This document shows positions 8,289 through 16,936 of a stretch of DNA of 64,000 nt, piece by piece; position 1 is the first letter of the stretch; each line of letters starts with the position of its first letter. Both the position numbers and the translations under genes were made by a program. The DNA lies in assembly GCA_044892525.1 (NCBI GenBank), contig CM097886.1, positions 162,428,312 through 162,492,311 on the forward strand. Reading direction: 5' to 3'. Below the pieces are notes generated by a model that worked only from the letters and a program-made list of their open reading frames with translations, had not been told where the DNA came from and made no database searches. This stretch comes from Schmidtea polychroa. Taxonomy: Eukaryota.

Positions 8289-11200
8289 AGGTGCGTGCCT
8301 GCATCAGTCCCAACATCTGCCCCAATCTCGAAGGAGACTGATGCAGACAGCACAATAAATATTATTAAACATGATAAAAATTTGATAATAAAACGCGACC
8401 CAAAGATCTGGTTTACTGATGATGATATTGATAGTTTTCTCGAAAATCACATCATCAACCCAAAATTTGCGTCTATTAAATGTTTTATTGTTGAGATTTT
8501 GTGCTCTAACCTTGAGAATGACATTTTCCCAATTCCGGAAAGAGTCTTGAAAGCACAAATAATATTATGCCCCCTTAACATCAACAAATCTCACTGGATC
8601 TTGTTCGTATATTGTAAGTCTTCTCTCATTTCTTACTTCATCGATCCAATCCTTCTCAATCGGCATAGTTTTACAAATAAAACAATAGCCCTTAAAATCA
8701 CAATGGCTCTGAATGAATTATTTGACCTTAAAGCAGCCATGACTTTTCATCCACATGATAACTTTTCGTACCAAAATAATAGTTACGATTGTGGGCCATA
8801 CATCTGCGCATATGCCATGATGATTTGTGGAGAATGGCAGAGCTTGTCGGGCAGCTTCATCGAAACCATCAGGAAAGAGGTCCACCAATTTAAACTTACT
8901 CCCCAACAGAAAGATCCCAAAACATCGGGGGGTGGCCTTCCAAAATTCATGGAGACAATCAAACGGAATGGAGTTAAGAAAGTGAGTAATGGTAACCTGA
9001 TATATCTCCAGAAACAAAACTCATGTGTCACATTCCTGATTAGTGAATGGTATAAAAATAAGAGCAACATTACTGTTCTTTCTCCTGAACTGACATCGAA
9101 TGTTATTGCACAAAACGATACATTCATTAGAGAAAATGTCACGTTTAAACAATTTGCTGGAATAGAACATGTCATCAGTGTCATTCCAGACGACAAGAGT
9201 TGGAGTCTTTATCTTTTCTCTTTTGCTTTAGGAATCAGTTACATTTTCAACTTTAACAACCGAATTCTAACTGAGAGACTAATCGGTATAGGAGAAAACA
9301 TGTCAGACTATATGAATAGATTTTTCCTTTCTCAAACGAAAATTAACTTCAATAGTCACCACAACATCGATCACGGTTCCATAACATCTGGCGACCCACA
9401 GATATTTGCTTCTGTTTTCATTGAATTAGTCGAGAAACTACTTTTTGACAATCAGGTTTCTCGCACAAGTATCAGTGAGTCCCTAAATTCTTTTAAACTT
9501 CACCAAGCAAATGAGATCTGCCAGAATTTAAATATGATTAATTTTAAAATTAGCGAAGAAATTATTTCAACTTATTTCAGTAATTTAAAATTAGATGTAA
9601 AATTTATATTGCTGATTCCGACGATTTGTTCTGCAATCATTGATGATTGCACCGAACACATTAATGGGTTTTTAAATTATGAATGTCTCATTCAAGCACA
9701 GGTAATTTTTGCCATTATTGCACCCCCAAAACATCGGGAAATTCTTTTAATTCTCGATTATAACACTGATGAGTTTTATATTCTTAATCCTATTACGCTG
9801 ACTGGAAGTGAAAACTGTCTATCTATTTGCAAGAGTCTTAGAAACAAAATTAATGAAATTAAAGAAACACCTGGCCTTGTATTGAATTTTGGTGAATGTC
9901 CGCATGACACCCGCGGATCTGGCCTTGTAAGTAAAATTCTTATTTGCGCTTTCATTAAAAACTATGCGAACGACTTGCCCCTTGTAAATTTAAACCTGCG
10001 TGAGATAGGTAACATCATCAGTTCGCTACTTCCGATTATCAAAGAGTCAAAAAGATGTAAAAATTCAATCCCTACTAAAATCAATAAAAGCAAAGAAAGT
10101 AACTTAAACTTGAAACAGCGCAAAATCAAGATTGAGTTACTTCTCAGAAAAGTAATGTTTCTTAATGTAAATCAAATCATTGATGTTATCAATGAAGAGT
10201 TCCCAAATCGTTCAAAAACTACACTCAAACCGTATTTGGGTAATAAGAAAAAAACTCATAAAATCACTAAAAGCAAATTAATTACAAAATTCATGACTAA
10301 CATGAAATCAACAGTTAACAAAATATTCAATGACATAGATGTCAGTGAACGACCAACTTTTCAGAATATTGTTTTAAATTTCCTTATAAAATCTCCTTTT
10401 CAAGGAAATTGGAAAAACATTTTCAACTTCTGCAAACGTTCAGAGAAAGCACTAAATCTGGAACTCTTCACAAATGTTGAAGTATTTGATGAACTGAAGA
10501 AAGCTGACAACACAAGTCCTGGTATGGATGGAATACAATATCGTGACTTATTGCTTCTTGATCCTGAGGGTAAACTGCTAACGTTTTTATATAATAAAAT
10601 TATTTCCGACAAAATCATACCAGACAGTTGGAAGACTTTTAAAACCCTTCTTACTCCTAAGCCTGGCAAAGAAGGCAAATATGACGACGTCTCATCTTGG
10701 CGCCCAATTGCTCTACTGTCTGTCATTTATAAGGTTTTTGCTTCTTGTCTAGCAAGTCGTCTGACGAGTTGGATAAACTCGAATGAACTGTTACACATTG
10801 GTCAGAAAGGTGGCTCAAAACATGATGGATGTGTTGAGCACAACTCGATTCTTTCTGCTGCATTAGAACATTCTAAGTATAGCGTAAACAAACCTCTTGC
10901 AATTGCCTGGCTCGACATAAAAGATGCTTTCGGCAGTGTTCCACATGATTATATGTGGTCCTTACTACGATTCATTGGAGTAAGTGAAGAATTTGCATCC
11001 ATCATCCAGATGCTATATTCCAACACAAGCACTTTCTATAGTTGTGGTCACATTCTAACTCCAAATATTTCGATAAAGCAAGGTGTCAAGCAAGGATGCC
11101 CTATTTCCATGATTTTGTTTGCTTTGGCCATCAACCCAGTACTTGAAGCGGTATCTCAATCTGATTCGAGACCCTTCAGGATAGGAAAATCTCCTGTTAA

Positions 11201-12944
11201 GATACTTGCTTATGCAGATGACATTGCTCTTGTTGCAAAATCTGTTGAAGAACTACAAAAAATAACCGATATCGCTGTTGCAACTGCAGCTGAAATTGGT
11301 TTCGAATACCGACCTGAAAAATGTGGATACCTTCAACTGCCAAATATTGACATAGAAAGTGAAATTTCAATAAATGGCATCAAAATTAGAAAGTTGCAAT
11401 CTGAAGATTTCTATCAATATCTTGGAGTACCTGTAGGTGAAGAGACTGACCAAAATCCATATGACATCCTTGAAAAAGTGGTCTCTGACACGAGAAAGCT
11501 TGCTGATTCTGACTTACTTGGCTGGCAAAAACTAAAAGCCTATAAGATTTTTGTTCATTCACGATTGATCTTTCCCTTTAGAACTAGAGAGATTAAGACT
11601 AGTACTCTTTCGAAACCTAATAGCAACAAGAAACTTTCTGATAACATAACCAGTCAACTGAGAAGTTGCTTTAGAAAAATGCTGATTTTGCCAAAAAACT
11701 CCGAAGTAAGCTATTTCTATAACTCCACTGAAAATGGAGGGGCAAACTGTGTGGATCTTCTTGACGAATATCACACTCAGACAATAACACACATTTTCCG
11801 ATTGCTAACATCAAAGTGTGACTTTGCTAAAAAGATCAACACTGATTCATTGAAATTTGTCACTGGTCCTCGTCTTGGTATAAAAGAACCCACTCTTCAA
11901 GAAAGTCTTGACTGGCTCAATGGTAAAGACATCAAATCACAGCACTCTGGTAAGAAAACGCGATTCCAGAGAGCCAGAAGTGCAATTGCATTTTTCGAAA
12001 AAACCCATAACATCAACATATCATTCATTGTCACAAACCATGAGACATCGCTCTATATAACAACCGCAACGCGTGGCACATGCATCTTGACTTCTGATCT
12101 TCGTCAAACAACTTCTAAGGTCTTGCACATGGCACTTTGTGACTCTTACCTTAGAAAATGGGAGAACGGTTGCACTTCCAACATCATTGCTTCAGCAATC
12201 AAACTTTCACCTCTAATAAATAAAGCAATTTTTCACGGTGATCTGTCTGAATTTGCTTGGAACTTCATTCATCGTGCTCGCACAAACACTCTTTCAATCA
12301 ATGCGAAGCCTTACAATAAAGGTGAAGAAAGACTTTGTCGTCGATGTCACATTGAAGATGAGACAATGTCACACATCCTTCAGAATTGTAAGGTCCATCT
12401 AACTCTTAGTTCTGAGAGGCATGACAATTGTCTTAAACTAATTGCAAATCGTCTGAAAATCAAAGCTCATCTTATTGTCGTAGTAGATAACATGTGTTCA
12501 CTTGTTCCAAACTCGAGGGAACGAGTGGACTTAATGATCACTAACTTGTCCAAAAAAACAATCTTTTTAGTTGATTTGAAATGTCCGAGCGACTCTGTCA
12601 CTAACTTTGAACAAGTTGACAAACGTAATTTGAGGAAATATGATTCTTTAAAGAATGCAATACAGGCTGTCAAACCTGACTTTAAAGTCGAACTTGACAC
12701 TTGCATTATTGGAGCTTTAGGATCTTTTCCTTTGAAAACTTCTGAAATACTCTCTAAAGTAGGTATTAAGGATAAAGAGCTAAAATGTCTATTAAAGGAA
12801 TGTGCGATAAGTAATATCACACATTCTGCCAGGCGGTGGTATTACCACAAGAACGGCACTTTAAAAGACATTGAAAAAGATCAGCTCTCAGATTTTGTAA
12901 ATAATTCACTAAAGCCTGCAAGCAATAGCATCGTCAACTATTGA
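8289..12944 (+). CDS. ORF2 polyprotein: Ulp1/C48-like protease, two degenerate repeats, RT, CCHC knuckle, RLE
   Basis: 1,551 open codons directly after the ORF1 TGA, in the same frame. Protease residues H100/D117/Q160/C166 (numbered from GTG 8295), plus RT YADD, CCHC and RLE motifs. Confidence 0.95.
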   Translation, partial: RCVPASVPTSAPISKETDADSTINIIKHDKNLIIKRDPKIWFTDDDIDSFLENHIINPKFASIKCFIVEILCSNLENDIFPIPERVLKAQIILCPLNINKSHWILFVYCKSSLISYFIDPILLNRHSFTNKTIALKITMALNELFDLKAAMTFHPHDNFSYQNNSYDCGPYICAYAMMICGEWQSLSGSFIETIRKEVHQFKLTPQQKDPKTSGGGLPKFMETIKRNGVKKVSNGNLIYLQKQNSCVTFLISEWYKNKSNITVLSPELTSNVIAQNDTFIRENVTFKQFAGIEHVISVIPDDKSWSLYLFSFALGISYIFNFNNRILTERLIGIGENMSDYMNRFFLSQTKINFNSHHNIDHGSITSGDPQIFASVFIELVEKLLFDNQVSRTSISESLNSFKLHQANEICQNLNMINFKISEEIISTYFSNLKLDVKFILLIPTICSAIIDDCTEHINGFLNYECLIQAQVIFAIIAPPKHREILLILDYNTDEFYILNPITLTGSENCLSICKSLRNKINEIKETPGLVLNFGECPHDTRGSGLVSKILICAFIKNYANDLPLVNLNLREIGNIISSLLPIIKESKRCKNSIPTKINKSKESNLNLKQRKIKIELLLRKVMFLNVNQIIDVINEEFPNRSKTTLKPYLGNKKKTHKITKSKLITKFMTNMKSTVNKIFNDIDVSERPTFQNIVLNFLIKSPFQGNWKNIFNFCKRSEKALNLELFTNVEVFDELKKADNTSPGMDGIQYRDLLLLDPEGKLLTFLYNKIISDKIIPDSWKTFKTLLTPKPGKEGKYDDVSSWRPIALLSVIYKVFASCLASRLTSWINSNELLHIGQKGGSKHDGCVEHNSILSAALEHSKYSVNKPLAIAWLDIKDAFGSVPHDYMWSLLRFIGVSEEFASIIQMLYSNTSTFYSCGHILTPNISIKQGVKQGCPISMILFALAINPVLEAVSQSDSRPFRIGKSPVKILAYADDIALVAKSVEELQKITDIAVATAAEIGFEYRPEKCGYLQLPNIDIESEISINGIKIRKLQSEDFYQYLGVPVGEETDQNPYDILEKVVSDTRKLADSDLLGWQKLKAYKIFVHSRLIFPFRTREIKTSTLSKPNSNKKLSDNITSQLRSCFRKMLILPKNSEVSYFYNSTENGGANCVDLLDEYHTQTITHIFRLLTSKCDFAKKINTDSLKFVTGPRLGIKEPTLQESLDWLNGKDIKSQHSGKKTRFQRARSAIAFFEKTHNINISFIVTNHETSLYITTATRGTCILTSDLRQTTSKVLHMALCDSYLRKWENGCTSNIIASAIKLSPLINKAIFHGDLSEFAWNFIHRARTNTLSINAKPYNKGEERLCRRCHIEDETMSHILQNCKVHLTLSSERHDNCLKLIANRLKIKAHLIVVVDNMCSLVPNSRERVDLMITNLSKKTIFLVDLKCPSDSVTNFEQVDKRNLRKYDSLKNAIQAVKPDFKVELDTCIIGALGSFPLKTSEILSKVGIKDKELKCLLKECAISNITHSARRWYYHKNGTLKDIEKDQLSDFVNNSLKPASNSIVNY

Positions 12945-13423
12945 TGTATATATGTATTTTTTGTTATATATATATTTAGTATTTTAGATGTTCCTCGCCC
13001 TTAAGCGGACTTTAAAATATAATTATTTGTATAAATGTATTTGTTAGATAGCTAACAGGCTTTTGTACTTTGCAAAAGTTTATTTTAGATGCTGCAGATT
13101 GGATATTAGGTTTCTGATGATTGTCGTTAATATCGTTAGTCTAATCTCAAAAGAAAACTGATGATGATATGATCATAAATCAATAATCAAAATGCAATGC
13201 CAGAAATCAAGTCTGATGACAACAAAAAATCAGAGCCAAGGACGATTCGGTGAATTTACAATAACAATTGAGTCGAAATGATTCCAAAAACAAAACATAT
13301 CTGTGAAACATCCTCTTTCTGACTCTTATGTTGTTGTATCTCTTCCGAATGGCATGTTCCATGTAGAACATTGTCCAAATGTATATGAAAGTCAAATTTA
13401 TTATAATTAATAAACGTTATTAA

Positions 13424-13500
13424 GATGGCCGAGTGGTTAAGGCGGTGGACTTAAGATCCACTGGACAATGTCCGCGTGGGTTCGAACCCCACTTCTAGCA
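13424..13500 (+). pseudogene. 5'-truncated tRNA-Leu(UAA), nt 6-82
   Basis: Same junction as at 4556. Confidence 0.9.
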
Positions 13501-13638
13501 ATATTTTTACTTTTCACTTTCGACAACAAATAATGTTGCTCTTAAAAATTATTGAAAGTTAAATATCGTTTCTCCTCATTAATAAAGTGAAGAAGCTTGA
13601 TTTTGGTTTATTAATTTTTTGAAAGTAAATTTTTCAGA

Positions 13639-13720
13639 GCTAGGATGGCCGAGTGGTTAAGGCGGTGGACTTAAGATCCACTGGACAATGTCCGCGTGGG
13701 TTCGAACCCCACTTCTAGCA
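13639..13720 (+). tRNA. tRNA-Leu(UAA)
   Basis: Identical cloverleaf. Confidence 0.97.
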
Positions 13721-13858
13721 ATATTTTTACTTTTCACTTTCGACAACAAATAATGTTGCTCTTAAAAATTATTGAAAGTTAAATATCGTTTCTCCTCATT
13801 AATAAAGTGAAGAAGCTTGATTTTGGTTTATTAATTTTTTGAAAGTAAATTTTTCAGA

Positions 13859-13940
13859 GCTAGGATGGCCGAGTGGTTAAGGCGGTGGACTTAAGATCCA
13901 CTGGACAATGTCCGCGTGGGTTCGAACCCCACTTCTAGCA
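13859..13940 (+). tRNA. tRNA-Leu(UAA)
   Basis: Identical cloverleaf. Confidence 0.97.
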
Positions 13941-14078
13941 ATATTTTTACTTTTCACTTTCGACAACAAATAATGTTGCTCTTAAAAATTATTGAAAGTT
14001 AAATATCGTTTCTCCTCATTAATAAAGTGAAGAAGCTTGATTTTGGTTTATTAATTTTTTGAAAGTAAATTTTTCAGA

Positions 14079-14160
14079 GCTAGGATGGCCGAGTGGTTAA
14101 GGCGGTGGACTTAAGATCCACTGGACAATGTCCGCGTGGGTTCGAACCCCACTTCTAGCA
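14079..14160 (+). tRNA. tRNA-Leu(UAA); intact gene flanking the 5' end of copy 3
   Basis: Identical cloverleaf. The element starts at +35. Confidence 0.97.
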
Positions 14161-14255
14161 ATATTTTTACTTTTCACTTTCGACAACAAATAATATTTGA
14201 TTTTCTGCTACTCTTAAATAATAAGTAGCCTGTTTATTTGTATCTGTATTTTGCA

Positions 14256-15119
14256 ATGGATTGTAATAATTTGAAAATCAATTCTTTTTATTCTAAAAAA
14301 ACTGGATTTATTTCTCGTTCCGACTTAGTGATGGAAGGATTCAATAAACTCAACGGTAAGGATATCAATGAAACTGGATTTGGTTCCTGCTCTCACTCAA
14401 TGGAGGATGATTTCAATAAACTAAACCGTAAGGTTAATTTATCTATTAAATATATAAATAATTGTTTTATGGAACAAGTTGACGGTGCAATTGCTTGCAC
14501 ATAACTTTTTAATAATTATATAAATAATGTTTATGATAATGTTTTTGAAGTCGAGGTCTCCAGAAAGTATGTTGACCGAAACTCTTCACCTTCTTATTCT
14601 TCAAGCATTAGAAAGGATTTTATAAATAGAAGCAATAGTTTTTGCGAAACTGATAAGAAAGTTGCTTCTGTGGAGTTTTCAACTAACAAAATTGACTTTT
14701 CTAGAGTCGTTACAATCGACAACAAATGCATATTAAATAAAAATCTTTTAATAAATAAAAATGAAAATTTCGATAAAAATAATGTATTTATAAAAAATCC
14801 ATCTTTAAAAAATGATTCCTTCCCCAGTGCATTGTCTTCCGAGCTTGAAAGTCCTAATTTAAAAATTACAATTAAAAATAATTTAATTAAAAAATTTAAT
14901 TTACCTAGTTTTGAAAATGATAATTTACAGACCCATAAATTAGCTAACTTAAACAAAGGTAATTTTGATAATTATAATTTTAAAAATCAGAATTATAAAA
15001 TTTCATCAAAAGATATTTCAAAAGAAAATATTAAAAATAAAAAATTCCAAACTTCCCAGAAAACCAGTAAAGCTGTTAATAATTTAAATTTTGTGAAAAA
15101 AATCAGAAAACAAAATTAA
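14256..15119 (+). CDS. ORF0a plus ORF0b of copy 3: one frame interrupted by a single TAA at 14502-14504
   Basis: ATG at 14256, then 82 codons, TAA, and 204 more open Asn/Lys-rich codons that overlap the start of ORF1. Low complexity lowers confidence. Confidence 0.4.
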
Positions 15120-16936
15120 CTTTTAAAGCGGATAATATAAAGTTTGACAAGTCAACCCGAACATTGAATTCAAAAGAAAAACAAGAATTCTTTAGATGTT
15201 TCCCTCAATTTATAAAATTAATAAAATCAAAAGAAACTATTAATAAGCATCATAACATTAATAGTGAACTCTTGAAAATTACCCAGGCTGCAAACCCTCT
15301 AAAAATAATTGGATTTTCAAAATTCTTTTATAGGAATCACAACATCTGTATTTCTTTGAATTCTTTGAAAAATAACACTGTCCATAAAGTAAATCGTTTA
15401 CTGAATGGACACACTAAAACACTCCTAATTGAATCCAAGGTTGTAAAATTTTACAACACAAAGAATAAGTTTGTTTCCGCATCCCCAACCATCAGACGGT
15501 TCTTATATGCTCTTTCTCAGAAATTAGCAGGGACCGCGTCCATTTCAAATACTAAGTACAGGGGCGTACAAATAAATAACATATTAAATGAAATCAAGCA
15601 ACGAGGTGAACTATCTGATTATCTAATAAAATCAAAAATAAAATTTTCTAATGGGGACTTTGTTTTGCTCGATATACTAAATAACTGTGAAGCTGATGAT
15701 ACCGATATTACCTTAAAATCCTCAGCTCTTTCAAGATCAGAATTAAAAGATCTTTACCAGAAATTCCCCGACATTCAGGAGCTTTGTTTTACAGAAAACA
15801 TAGAGAAAAATCCTGAATTACTAAATAATTTAATTCATGACCTAAAATCAAATGAAAACTTTCCCAAAGAGATCTCATTTGTGGGGGGTAAACTAATCAA
15901 AACGTGTAAAATACCAATTTCTGATGTCTCAAATGCTGAGAGTGAATCGGATATTATGTTCAATCTTGGCTTATTGAACCTCTACAACACAGCTGAGAGT
16001 GACAAAACATTAAGGTCTCTTTTCTGTCAGCCAAAATCGTCTGAAAAATTGGTTGACATTATATTTTACCTAAACTATTTACAGTTAAAAGGTGACTTAA
16101 AATACATAACAAATGGAACATATGGCGACTATGTCCACAACTACGTTCGTAATTCCTTGTTGATGTGCTCTGTTATTAACATAGATGATTATGAAACTCT
16201 CTTACGGGAAAATATTGAAAGTTGGGCGCCCAACATGGTTGATATGATACCATCATCATCATACTATAGCTCTAGCTGCCTTGAAAGACTTTTAAAACTT
16301 CGACAGTGGAAACTGTCAGGAGAGATTGATAGAATTCACAACATAATCTCTCCTGAAACCATCAATAAAGTCAATTCATTTCTTGACAAAATCGACGAAC
16401 TCTGTCCACAAAAGGCTATCCAATTAAAGGCTCTTGAGAAATTAAGCAGTGGAATTAATAAAATGGAATGGGACACAAAGGAAGAAGAGATGATTAAGGC
16501 TAGAAGATTTCTCTTCTTCATCCTTAGAGACAAAAAGAAATTTTTATTTACCAGTAAATCTTCCTACCGTATACCTCAGCACTGTAGGAAGATATGCACA
16601 GCCAATATGACTTGCATTATCACAGGTATGCTTGATGTTCTGCTGACATGGTTGATTGAAAATAACGATGAACAGAAGACGGACACATCTGAAACAAACA
16701 TCTCGGAAACTGTCAATGACTCCGCAGAAGCAGATGCGAAGGAGACATCTCGGTCCATAGAGATATACGACACTTTGGAGTCTAAACTAAAGGAACATAC
16801 AACTCTGAAACGACAGCTGCCGGTTGATTTGGATATAATTCCATCTACACCCACAATTTCCAGTTGTGATCAACAGGAGGACCTACTAACAAAATCAAGT
16901 AGGAAAACGAGGAAAGTAGTCTCCAAAATAAAATGA
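15083..16936 (+). CDS. ORF1, copy 3
   Basis: Near-identical to 6435-8288 (e.g. W>R in TIRxFLY). Confidence 0.8.
   Translation, partial: FKFCEKNQKTKLTFKADNIKFDKSTRTLNSKEKQEFFRCFPQFIKLIKSKETINKHHNINSELLKITQAANPLKIIGFSKFFYRNHNICISLNSLKNNTVHKVNRLLNGHTKTLLIESKVVKFYNTKNKFVSASPTIRRFLYALSQKLAGTASISNTKYRGVQINNILNEIKQRGELSDYLIKSKIKFSNGDFVLLDILNNCEADDTDITLKSSALSRSELKDLYQKFPDIQELCFTENIEKNPELLNNLIHDLKSNENFPKEISFVGGKLIKTCKIPISDVSNAESESDIMFNLGLLNLYNTAESDKTLRSLFCQPKSSEKLVDIIFYLNYLQLKGDLKYITNGTYGDYVHNYVRNSLLMCSVINIDDYETLLRENIESWAPNMVDMIPSSSYYSSSCLERLLKLRQWKLSGEIDRIHNIISPETINKVNSFLDKIDELCPQKAIQLKALEKLSSGINKMEWDTKEEEMIKARRFLFFILRDKKKFLFTSKSSYRIPQHCRKICTANMTCIITGMLDVLLTWLIENNDEQKTDTSETNISETVNDSAEADAKETSRSIEIYDTLESKLKEHTTLKRQLPVDLDIIPSTPTISSCDQQEDLLTKSSRKTRKVVSKIK

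Larger units (their letters stand above)
5547..13423 (+). mobile_element. Full-length (7,877 bp) tRNA-Leu-inserted NeSL-like non-LTR retrotransposon, copy 2 (ORF1 and ORF2 intact)
   Basis: 5' junction ...CAACAAATAAT|ATTTGATTTTCTGC, where the array continues GTTGCTC. 3' junction ...GTTATTAA|GATGGCCGAG. The same junctions occur in the other copies. Confidence 0.96.
13424..14194 (+). repeat. tRNA-Leu tandem array 2: three 220-bp units plus 111 bp
   Basis: 771 = 3x220 + 111; units match array 1. Confidence 0.97.
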
